A stretch of 64,000 nt of DNA from assembly GCA_963848405.1 (NCBI GenBank), contig CAWKDP010000018.1, positions 65,857-129,856 on the forward strand. Direction: 5' to 3'. Below the pieces are notes generated by a model. It had not been told where the DNA came from. It saw nothing but the letters and a program-made list of their open reading frames with translations, and did no database searches. Made by a program: the position numbers and the translations under genes. Source of the stretch: an uncultured Actinomycetes bacterium. Lineage in GTDB: Bacteria > Actinomycetota > Thermoleophilia > Gaiellales > Gaiellaceae. Shown in pieces: positions 42,479 to 50,798 of the stretch (within the stretch, counting starts at the first letter, position 1; each line of letters opens with the position of its first letter).

Positions 42479-43348
42479 TTAGACGTCCGCCGTCGCGAGT
42501 GCCCTCCGCCGCCAGCGCTCGGTGCCCTCGAGCTCGTTGAACGTGAAGACGTGGAAGCCCGCGACCTTCCGCTCCGGATCGGCGAGGGTCGGCGCAAGCT
42601 CCTCGATCAGCCCGTCCGGTGAGTACGCGCCGGGAACGAGAAGCCGGCCGACGAGGCCGCCCTGCTTGCGCAGGAAGCGCGTCGAGTCTCCGAGCCCGAG
42701 CTTCGCGGACATCGCGAGGAGCTTCCGCGTGCGCACGGCTCCTGGAAGCCCGACGTGGATCGGCAGGCGCGTCCCCCGCGCCCACACGTTCTCGATCCAC
42801 TGACGCGTGACGGAGGCGTCGAAGCAGATCTGGCTCACGATGTAGGTCGCGAACTCGGCCTTCTCGAACATCGCCTGGATCGTCGTCTCGTCGTCGATCA
42901 GCGGGTGGCTCTCCGGGTAGCCGGTGATGCCGACGTCGCGCAGGCCGTGGCCCTGCCGGGCCATCGCGCGCAGCAGGTCGGCGGCTCCTTCGAACTGCCC
43001 CGCCGGCTGCGAAGCGTCACCGGCGACGACGAACGCCTCGTGCAGGCCCGCCGCCTCGAGCCGCGCGAGGATGGAGCGGAGATGGCCGTCATCGAGGACG
43101 AGCCGGGCGGAGAGGTGGGGAACCACGTCGTAGCCGTGGCCGGCCAGCCGCTCGCCGAGCTCGAGCGTCGGCTCGAGGCCCTTCGTCGGCGACGCGGTGA
43201 CCGTGATCTTCACCTGCCGGGGAACGTGCTCGAGCACCGCCTGCTCGACGCCCGCGAGCGGGATCACCTCGTAGCGCGGGTGCTCGAGCAGACCGCGGCG
43301 CGGGTCGCTCGCCTCCTCAGTCGACGTTCGACGCCTCCGCGGCCGCAC
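42479..43348 (-). CDS. methylenetetrahydrofolate reductase (MetF-like)
   Basis: YEVIPLAG..VKITVTASPTKG..ITGYPESHP..YIVSQICFD. Start placed at GTG 43348 (AGGAGG 9 nt upstream), overlapping the upstream gene by 32 nt. Start is uncertain. Confidence 0.75.
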   Translation of the reverse strand: MRPRRRRTSTEEASDPRRGLLEHPRYEVIPLAGVEQAVLEHVPRQVKITVTASPTKGLEPTLELGERLAGHGYDVVPHLSARLVLDDGHLRSILARLEAAGLHEAFVVAGDASQPAGQFEGAADLLRAMARQGHGLRDVGITGYPESHPLIDDETTIQAMFEKAEFATYIVSQICFDASVTRQWIENVWARGTRLPIHVGLPGAVRTRKLLAMSAKLGLGDSTRFLRKQGGLVGRLLVPGAYSPDGLIEELAPTLADPERKVAGFHVFTFNELEGTERWRRRALATADV

Positions 43349-44531
43349 CGATGGCGACCTCCTGCTTCGGCGTGTCCTTCGCCGGATCGATGAACGGCTT
43401 CCGCACGACGACCGCGGCCTGTCGTCCACTTGGCGCATCGACCTCGAGCTCGGTGCCGAACTCGGTGAGCGCGATCGGCAGCATCGCGTAGCCGATGTTC
43501 TTCTCGAGGCGTGGCGAGTAGCACGCCGATGTGATCTGACCGACCGGCTTCTCGTCCTTCAAGACCTGGAAGTAGTCGATCATCGAGCTGTCGTTGTAGC
43601 TCCCGAGCCCGGGCCCGTCGATCTCGACGCCGACGAGCTTCCGCGAGACGCCTTCGGCCTTGATGCGCTTGAGCGCCTCCTTGCCGATGAAGTCCGCTTC
43701 CTGGTCGAGGTCGACCATCCATTCGTAGCCCATCTCGACCTCGTACGGGTTCGTGTCGAACCACATGTCGCAGCCGAGCGCGAGGATGCCCGCTTCGATG
43801 CGCTTGATGTGGCACGGGCCGATCACGGTGAGCCCGTGCGGCTCGCCCGCGGCGAGCACTGCCTCCCAGAGCTTGACGCCGTCGCGGCTCGCGTTGTTCA
43901 GGTAGATCTCGTACCCGAGCTCGCCCGTGTAGCCGGTCCTGGACACGACGACGTTCATCCCGTCGAGCTCGTACTCGCGCATGAAGTAGTAGGGGATGTC
44001 GACGATGGTCTCGCCGAAGAGATCGACCATGACGTCCTTCGACTTCGGCCCCTGTACCTGTAGCGGGCCCACGTCCGGCTCGGTGATCTCGACGTCGAGG
44101 CCGGCGTTGTACGCCACGCCTTTCGCCCAGAGGAGGATGTCGCTGTCGGCGAGCGAGAGCCAGAACCGGTTCTCCTCGAGCCGGAGCAGCACGGGGTCGT
44201 TCAGGATCCCGCCCTCCGCGGAGGTCACGAAAACGTACTTGCACTGGCCGACCTCGCACTTCGTCAGGTCGCGCGGGACCAGCATGTTCGTGAACGTGAA
44301 CGCGTCCGGGCCGGAGATCTCGACCTGGCGCTCGACGCCGACGTCCCAGAGCGTGACGCCGTTCAGGAGCTGCCAGTACTCCTCGACCGGGTCGCCGTAG
44401 TGGCGGGGGTGGTACATGTGGTTGTAGAAGCTGTAGAGCTGCACGCCATGGCGGCGTGAGGCGTAGAAGTACGGCGACCGGCGGATCCGCGAATAGAGCA
44501 GGACGCCGGGGTTATCGTTGATCTCGCTCAC
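43317..44531 (-). CDS. aminomethyltransferase-family (GcvT fold) THF-dependent demethylase-like protein, DmdA-like
   Basis: Track ORF trimmed to GTG 44531 (GGAGGAG 9 nt upstream). RRSPYFYASRRHGVQLYSFYNHM..LWDVGVERQVEISGPDA..GQCKYVFV..GGILNDPVLLRL..DSDILLWAKG..EPDVGPLQVQGPKS..VSRTGYTGELGYEIY. Confidence 0.8.
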   Translation of the reverse strand: MSEINDNPGVLLYSRIRRSPYFYASRRHGVQLYSFYNHMYHPRHYGDPVEEYWQLLNGVTLWDVGVERQVEISGPDAFTFTNMLVPRDLTKCEVGQCKYVFVTSAEGGILNDPVLLRLEENRFWLSLADSDILLWAKGVAYNAGLDVEITEPDVGPLQVQGPKSKDVMVDLFGETIVDIPYYFMREYELDGMNVVVSRTGYTGELGYEIYLNNASRDGVKLWEAVLAAGEPHGLTVIGPCHIKRIEAGILALGCDMWFDTNPYEVEMGYEWMVDLDQEADFIGKEALKRIKAEGVSRKLVGVEIDGPGLGSYNDSSMIDYFQVLKDEKPVGQITSACYSPRLEKNIGYAMLPIALTEFGTELEVDAPSGRQAAVVVRKPFIDPAKDTPKQEVAIGAAAEASNVD

Positions 44532-44563
44532 AGCTCGTCTCCTCCTCGGATGTCGTCCTGTAT

Positions 44564-44580
44564 GTTCCGCATCGTGGAAC
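44564..44580. promoter_or_regulatory. palindrome GTTCC-GCATCGT-GGAAC in the GcvT-like / iclR divergent region
   Basis: Perfect 5-7-5 inverted repeat. Shares GTTCCG and ATCGTGG with 9469-9490. Confidence 0.35.
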
Positions 44581-44626
44581 TGTGCTGCATCATGAGAGAG
44601 ACTAAACGAGCCGGACGGCGGGCGCA

Positions 44627-45373
44627 ATGGTTCAGTCGGTAGAGCGAGCGTTCGCGATCCTCGCCGCGGTCGCGGAGCGGCCGGCAGGGGTCTCGGCGCT
44701 CGCGACGCGCCTCGACCTTCCGAAGAGCACGGTCGCACGGCTCCTCTCCTCGCTCGAGACCCTCGGCGCCGTCGAGCGCGTGGACGGCCGGCGCTGGGCG
44801 GTCGGGCCGGGCGTCGAGGCGCTCGTCGGCCCGACACCGCTCGAGCGAAGCCTCGCCGCGGTGGCTCGACCCGAGCTCGCGCGCCTCGTCGAGTCGCTCG
44901 GGGAGGACGCGGGGCTCGGGCTGCCCGACGGCCACGAGGTCCACTACGTCGTCCAGGTCGAGTGCGACCACCCCGTGCAGGTGCGCGACTGGACCGGCAC
45001 GCGGTCGCCGATGCATGCCGTTCCCTCGGGGCTCGTGCTCCTCGCCGAGTGGCCGGAGGAAGCGGTCGCCGCGTATTCCGCCGAAGGGCTCGGGGCGCTG
45101 ACTCCGCAGACCGTCGTCGACGCGGAGCAGCTGCGGGCGCGGCTCGAGGACGTCGCCCGGAGCGGCTACGCGTGGGGGCTCGAGGAGTACGCGGAGGGGA
45201 TCAACTCCGTCGCCGCACCGGTTCGCGATGCCCACGGCCGTGGCGCCGCAGCGATCCACGTGCACGGCCCCGCGTACCGCTTTCCGGCGCGCGGAGCGGA
45301 AGATCGGACGACCGACGAGGTCGTCGCCGCGGCGCAGGCCGTGAGCCGCAGGTGGGGTCAGGCTTCAGCCTGA
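44627..45373 (+). CDS. IclR-family transcriptional regulator (2)
   Basis: VERAFAILAAVAERPAGVSALATRLDLPKSTVARLLSSLETLGAVER plus an effector domain. The last 6 codons and the stop lie inside a REP hairpin (..WGQASA*). Confidence 0.9.
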   Translation: MVQSVERAFAILAAVAERPAGVSALATRLDLPKSTVARLLSSLETLGAVERVDGRRWAVGPGVEALVGPTPLERSLAAVARPELARLVESLGEDAGLGLPDGHEVHYVVQVECDHPVQVRDWTGTRSPMHAVPSGLVLLAEWPEEAVAAYSAEGLGALTPQTVVDAEQLRARLEDVARSGYAWGLEEYAEGINSVAAPVRDAHGRGAAAIHVHGPAYRFPARGAEDRTTDEVVAAAQAVSRRWGQASA

Positions 45374-45432
45374 CCTCGTCTTTGGGTTGAAACGCCGAAC
45401 CCAACACCGGGGTCAGGCTGAAGCCTGACCCC
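45354..45432. repeat. composite REP-like element (hairpin / TTGGGTT..AACCCAA / hairpin), inverted relative to 15781-15867
   Basis: GGGGTCAGGCTTCAGCCTGACCTC (45354-45377) and GGGGTCAGGCTGAAGCCTGACCCC (45409-45432). The reverse complement of the inner segment begins GGTGTTGGGTTCG, as at 15805. Confidence 0.9.
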
Positions 45433-47084
45433 CAGGGGTCTGCGCGTGGCGAAAGAAGGGGACCTGCTCCGACGGAAGCGGCGTCGCGCCGAGGATCAGG
45501 TCGGCGGCCTTCTCCGCGATCATCATCACCGGCGCGTAGATGTTCGCGTTCGTGACGTAGGGCATCACCGACGCGTCCACCACGCGCAGGCCGTCGAGCC
45601 CGTGGACGCGGAGGGTCTCCGGATCGACGACGGCGAGCTCGTCCACGCCCATCCGGCACGAGCACGACGGGTGCAGCGCGGTCTCCGCGTCGCGGGCGAC
45701 CCAGTCGAGGACTTGCTCGTCGCCCTCGACCTCGGGCCCGGGAGAGATCTCGCCCGCGTCGTAGTCAGCGAACGCGGGCTGGCCGAGGATGTGCCTGGCA
45801 CACGCGACCGCCTCGACCCACTCACGCCGGTCCTGCTCGGTCGAGAGGTAGTTGAACCGCAGCGCGGGATGGGCGCGCGGGTCCTTCGACGTGATCCTGA
45901 CCGAGCCGCGCGCGTCGGAGCTCATCGGCCCGACGTGCACCTGATAGCCGTGGCCGCCGGCGGGCTGAGTCCCGTCGTAGCGGATCGCGAGCGGCAGGAA
46001 GTGGAACATGAGGTTCGGGTACTCGACGTCCTCGTTGGAGCGGACGAAACCGCCGCCCTCGAAGTGATTCGTCGCTCCGGGCCCGTCGCGGAAGAAGAGC
46101 CAGCGGAAGCCGACCCACGGGCGATTGCGCCACTTCATGGCCGGGGCGACCGAGATCGGCTGGGTGCACGCGTGCTGGACGTAGACCTCGAGGTGGTCCT
46201 GCAGGTTCTCGCCGACTCCCGGGAGCTCGTGCACGACCTCGACGCCGAGGGGCTCGAGGTGGTCCGGGCTTCCAACCCCTGACACCTGGAGCAGCTGCGG
46301 CGAGTTGATCGCTCCTCCGCAGAGGATCACCTCGCGGCCGTGGGCACGCTCGAGCCCGCCCGCCTTCGCGACTTCCACCCCGATGGCTCGCGTCCCTTCG
46401 AACAGCACGCGCGTGACGAGCGCCCGGCACACGACGTCGAGGTTCGGTCGTTTCCGTGACCGGGTGCAGGTAGGCGCGGGCGGCGCTCAGCCGGCGCGCG
46501 CGGTGGACGTTGCGGTCGAACCGCGCGAAGCCCTCCTGCCGGTAGCCGTTGACGTCGCTCGTCAGCTCGTACCCGGCCTGCTGCACGGCCTCGAAGAACG
46601 CCCCGAACAAGGGGTTCGTCGCCGGCCCGCGCTCGACGACGAGCGGCCCGCTGCCTCCGCGGTACTCGTCCGCTCCCTCGACGCACGTCTCCATGCGCTT
46701 GAAGTACGGGAGGCAGTGCGCATAGTCCCAGCGCTCGAGGCCGGGGTCGGCTGCCCACTTCTCGAAGTCGAGCGGGTTCCCGCGCTGGAAGATCATCCCG
46801 TTGATCGAGCTCGACCCGCCGAGGAGCTTCCCGCGGGCGTGCGCGATGCGGCGGCCGTGCATGAACGGCTCCGGCTCCGACGCGTACCGCCAGTCGTAGC
46901 GCTTCGAGCCGATCGGGAAGCTGAGCGCGGCCGGCATGTGGACGTAGACGTCCCACGCAGAATCGGGCCGTCCGGCCTCGAGCACGAGCACGCGGGTCGA
47001 GGGGTCGGCGCTCAGCCGGTTGGCGAGGACGCAGCCGGCAGAGCCCCCGCCGACGATGACGAAGTCGTAACCGTTCGGGCTCAC
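45413..47084 (-). pseudogene. GMC-family oxidoreductase (choline-dehydrogenase-like), single +1 frameshift
   Basis: N-terminal part in the frame of 47084: [44 protein letters not shown]. It continues in another frame from about 46447: [55 protein letters not shown]. Length 1672 nt. The junction is at the run of three T at 46451-46453. Confidence 0.75.
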
Positions 47085-49057
47085 GCGCGCTCGATGGCCT
47101 CGACGAGCAGCGTCGAGACGTCAGCCACGCGGAGGTCGCGACCCGTCTGCCGGACGCCGTCGTCGAGCATGATCGTGCAGAAGGGACACGCGACAGCGAG
47201 CGTCTCCGCACCCGTCTCCGCCGCCTCGCGCACGCGTTCCTCGTTGATCGCGGAGCCGCGCTCCTCCATCCACATATGGGCGCCCCCAGCGCCGCAGCAG
47301 AAGGTGCGCTTCCCGCTTCGCTCCATCTCCACCGGCCGCCCGACCGCTTCGACGAGCGCGCGCGGCGCGTCGAGGACGTCGTTGTGCCGGGCGAGGTAGC
47401 AGGAGTCGTGGTACGTGACCGTGTCGGTGCCCGCTGCGGGCTTCAGGCGGCCCTCGGCGACGAGGCGGGCAAGGAGCTCCGAGTGGTGGAGCACCTCGTA
47501 GCGGCCTCCGAAATCGGGGTACTCGTTCGCGAGCGTGTTGAAGCAGTGGGGGCAGCTCGCGACGATCTTCGTCACGCCTGCCTCGTTCAGCGTCGCGACG
47601 TTCTGCTCCGCGAACGACTGGAAGACGTACTCGTTACCGGCGCGGCGAGCCGGATCGCCGGTGCACGACTCGCGCGGTCCGAGGATCGCGACGTCGAGGC
47701 GTGCTGCGAGAAGCAGCTTCACCGTCGCTTCGGCGGAGTGCTGTGCCCGCTCGTCGAACGACGCTGCGCAGCCGACCCAGTAGAGGATCTCAGGCGGCTT
47801 TCTTCCGGGCTCGAGTATCCGGACTCCGAGCTTGTCCGCCCACGCCGCCCGCTCGTCCTGTGGCTTGCCCCAGGGGTTCCCGCTGCGCTCGACGTCGCGG
47901 AGCATCGGCTCCATCTCGGCCGGGAAGCGGGACTCGACCATGACGAGCTGTCTGCGTAGGTCGACCACATGGTCGACGTGCTCGATCGCGACCGGGCACT
48001 CGTGCACGCACGCACCGCAGGTGACGCAGTCCCAGACGACCTCGTCGGTGACGGCGTTGGGGACGAGCGGGCTGGGCTCGAAGCCGGCATCCGCGAGCAC
48101 CCGCGGCCCTTCGGCGAAGACGTGGTCGCGGAGATCCATGATCAGAAGCTTCGGGGAGAGCTTCTTCCCGGTCGCGTATGCCGGGCAGACGTCCTGGCAG
48201 CGCCCGCACTCGGTGCACGACATCGTGTCGAGAATTCCCTTCCACGTGAGGTCCTGCACCGTCCCGGCGCCGAAGCGGAGCTCGTCGTCGGGGCCGTCGA
48301 AGCGAAGTGGCTCGAGCCGTCCTCGCGCGCGGGTCCGTGAGAAGAAGACGTTCGGCCCCGCCGTCGCGATGTGCAGGTGCTTCGAGTACGGCAGGTAGAC
48401 GAGGAACGAGAGGATGAGGAGCACGTGCGACCAGACGAAGACCCGCTCCAGGGTCTCGGTCGTCGAGCTCTCGGATAACAGCCCGGCGAGCGCATCCGAG
48501 ACAGGTGACCATTGCTCCGGCCACGGGTTCTGCCCCAGCGCGATCTGCGTCGCGTGCCAGAGGAGGAGCGTCGTCACGATCCCGGTGATCAGCGCGAGGA
48601 TGAGGTCCGCCTCGCGGAGGTGACTGCCCTCGAAGCGCTGTGGCCGCTGCACCTTGCGAATCAAGAAAGCGGTCGCGACCCCCACGAGAACGAGACAGCA
48701 GAACAGGTCGACGAGGAAGGCGAACCAGCCCTGCCGCTCGAGCCACGCGAGCGGCGAGCCGGTGGGCAGGTCGGGCTCAGGGTCGACGACGTAGATCACT
48801 GCGATGAGGATCGTCGGGAAGAGAACGAGGAAGCCCCAGAAGATGAGCGCGTGCATCAACCCGGGGACGAGTCGCTGGAGGAGCTTCCGCTGGGCGAGAA
48901 CGACCACCGCCTCGTTCCCGACGCGCTGCGGCAGGTCGTCGAAGCGCTCGAGCGGGGCGCCCATGCGGACGAGTCGCCAGAGCAGGAGCGCACGCCGCGA
49001 GAAGAGCGCCAGCGCGACGGCCGCGACCGCCGCAAAGGCGAGCGCGGAGACCATCAC
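47081..49057 (-). CDS. membrane-anchored (Fe-S)-binding / CCG-domain oxidoreductase, EtfD-like
   Basis: N-terminal TM helices, [12 protein letters not shown] and [12 protein letters not shown] ferredoxin motifs, CCG-type Cys-rich repeats ([24 protein letters not shown]). GTGA overlaps at both ends. Confidence 0.8.
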   Translation of the reverse strand: MMVSALAFAAVAAVALALFSRRALLLWRLVRMGAPLERFDDLPQRVGNEAVVVLAQRKLLQRLVPGLMHALIFWGFLVLFPTILIAVIYVVDPEPDLPTGSPLAWLERQGWFAFLVDLFCCLVLVGVATAFLIRKVQRPQRFEGSHLREADLILALITGIVTTLLLWHATQIALGQNPWPEQWSPVSDALAGLLSESSTTETLERVFVWSHVLLILSFLVYLPYSKHLHIATAGPNVFFSRTRARGRLEPLRFDGPDDELRFGAGTVQDLTWKGILDTMSCTECGRCQDVCPAYATGKKLSPKLLIMDLRDHVFAEGPRVLADAGFEPSPLVPNAVTDEVVWDCVTCGACVHECPVAIEHVDHVVDLRRQLVMVESRFPAEMEPMLRDVERSGNPWGKPQDERAAWADKLGVRILEPGRKPPEILYWVGCAASFDERAQHSAEATVKLLLAARLDVAILGPRESCTGDPARRAGNEYVFQSFAEQNVATLNEAGVTKIVASCPHCFNTLANEYPDFGGRYEVLHHSELLARLVAEGRLKPAAGTDTVTYHDSCYLARHNDVLDAPRALVEAVGRPVEMERSGKRTFCCGAGGAHMWMEERGSAINEERVREAAETGAETLAVACPFCTIMLDDGVRQTGRDLRVADVSTLLVEAIERA

Positions 49058-50037
49058 GCTCGCCTTCTCAGCTCGGCCGAGATTGCCGGGACGACCTCGT
49101 GCAGGTCGCCGATGACCGCGTAGTCGGCGCTCCCGAGAATCGGCGCGTCAGGGTCGGTGTTGATCGCGAGGATCGACTTCGCGCCCTTGCAGCCCGCCAT
49201 GTGCTGCGTCGCCCCGCTGATGCCGCACGCGATGTAGATGTCCGGTGCGATCTTCGTCCCCGTCTGGCCGACCTGGTCCGTGTGCGGCCGCCAGCCTGCC
49301 ATCGTCACGGCGCGAGAGCAGCCGACCGCGCCGCCGAGGAGGCCGGCTAGCTCCTCGATGATCGCGAACCCCTCTGCCGAGTCCGCTCCGCGGCCGCACG
49401 AGACGACGACCTTCGCCTCGGCGAGCGAGACGCCGCCGCTCTCGGCCTGGGTGCGCTCAGTGACGCGCACGAGCAGGTCTGCGTCAGACAGGGACGGCGT
49501 GAACGACTCGACCGTCGCCGGGCTCGCGCCGGCCGTCGCTTCCGCGGTAACGGCGTGAGGCGCGACCGTGAGCAGCGCCGGAGCGCCGTGAACCTCCGCG
49601 TCCTCGAGCAGGCTGCCGCCCCAGCGAAGCCGTGTGACGTTCATCGGCTCACCGGGCCTGGCCTCGATGCAGTTCGCGGCGAGCGGGAGATCGAGGATCG
49701 CGCCGACGTGCGCGAGCACCTCGTTCCCGCGCTCGCTCCCCGTCGCGACGACCGCCGCAGGCGCGAGGCTGTCGGCGAGCTCCGCTGCCGCACGCGCGAC
49801 GGCGACCGGAGCGTACGAGCCGAAGACATCGTGCTCGGCGAGGTGCAGCGTCGAGACGCCGTGCGCTCCGAGGAGCCCGTCGAGCCCTTGTGTCAAATCG
49901 ACACTGGGGCCGTTGACCGCCAGCGCGTGCACCGTGTCTTCGCCCGTAGCCAGGGCGGCGCGGGCGAAGGTGAGCGCCTGAAGCGAGAGCTCGTCGACAC
50001 CTTCCGGTCCATGCTCGACGACGACGAGGACGGTCAT
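49054..50037 (-). CDS. etfA: electron transfer flavoprotein, alpha subunit
   Basis: Track ORF trimmed to ATG 50037 (ATGA overlap with the etfB stop). MTVLVVVEH..VVSCGRG..GCSRAVTMAGWRPHTDQVGQTGTKIAPDIYIACGISGATQHMAG. Confidence 0.9.
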   Translation of the reverse strand: MTVLVVVEHGPEGVDELSLQALTFARAALATGEDTVHALAVNGPSVDLTQGLDGLLGAHGVSTLHLAEHDVFGSYAPVAVARAAAELADSLAPAAVVATGSERGNEVLAHVGAILDLPLAANCIEARPGEPMNVTRLRWGGSLLEDAEVHGAPALLTVAPHAVTAEATAGASPATVESFTPSLSDADLLVRVTERTQAESGGVSLAEAKVVVSCGRGADSAEGFAIIEELAGLLGGAVGCSRAVTMAGWRPHTDQVGQTGTKIAPDIYIACGISGATQHMAGCKGAKSILAINTDPDAPILGSADYAVIGDLHEVVPAISAELRRRA

Positions 50038-50798
50038 GCGACCCCGACTCGTTGCAGCACGTCCACCACGCGTGGGGCGGCCTCCGGGCCGTGCCCGAGG
50101 ATCTCGGCCTCCTTCCTCACTCCCGGTGGAGAGAGCAACCGCACCTTGCGCAGCCGCGCGTCCGGATGCGTGGGCGAGCTCGCCGCGACCGGCTTTCGCT
50201 GCGCGCGCATGCGGCCGGGGACGGACGGGTAGCGCGGGAAGTTGAGGCCCTCCTTCACCGTGACGACCGCGGGCAGCGGCAGGTCGAAGACGTCGCGACC
50301 GCCGGGAACCTCCTGCTCGCAACGCGCTCGCCCACCTGCGACGGCGACTCCCTTCAGACCGGTGGCGACCGGGCGCCCGAGTGCGTGCGCGACCCGTATC
50401 CCGACCTGGTAGCCGCACGCGTCCGCCGACTCGTTCCCGAAGAAGATCAGGTCGAAGTCGACACCGACGGCGCGTTCGGCCTCGATCGACTCGACGATCG
50501 CGGCGGCCGTCGCCTGCGCATCCCACTCCTCGGCGTCCGTCACGAGGTGGATCGCGCGGTCGATGCCCAGCGCCATCGCGTCGCGGAGCTGCTCCTCTGC
50601 CTCCAGCGGTCCGAGCGTGAGGACGACGGACTCGCCGCCGTTCGCCTCGACCAATCGCACGGCCTCCTCGACGCCGCACTCCTCGTGCGGCGAGATGGTG
50701 AACCCGAGGTGCTGCGTCGCGATCGCCTGTGCATCCTCGGTCAGCACGATCTTCCCGCCTGTCAGCGGCACTCTCTTGACGCAGACCAGGACGTTCAC
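50034..50798 (-). CDS. etfB: electron transfer flavoprotein, beta subunit
   Basis: MNVLVCVKRVP.. (GTG start, GTGA overlap with the upstream stop) ..LIFFGNESADACGYQVG.. Confidence 0.9.
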   Translation of the reverse strand: MNVLVCVKRVPLTGGKIVLTEDAQAIATQHLGFTISPHEECGVEEAVRLVEANGGESVVLTLGPLEAEEQLRDAMALGIDRAIHLVTDAEEWDAQATAAAIVESIEAERAVGVDFDLIFFGNESADACGYQVGIRVAHALGRPVATGLKGVAVAGGRARCEQEVPGGRDVFDLPLPAVVTVKEGLNFPRYPSVPGRMRAQRKPVAASSPTHPDARLRKVRLLSPPGVRKEAEILGHGPEAAPRVVDVLQRVGVA

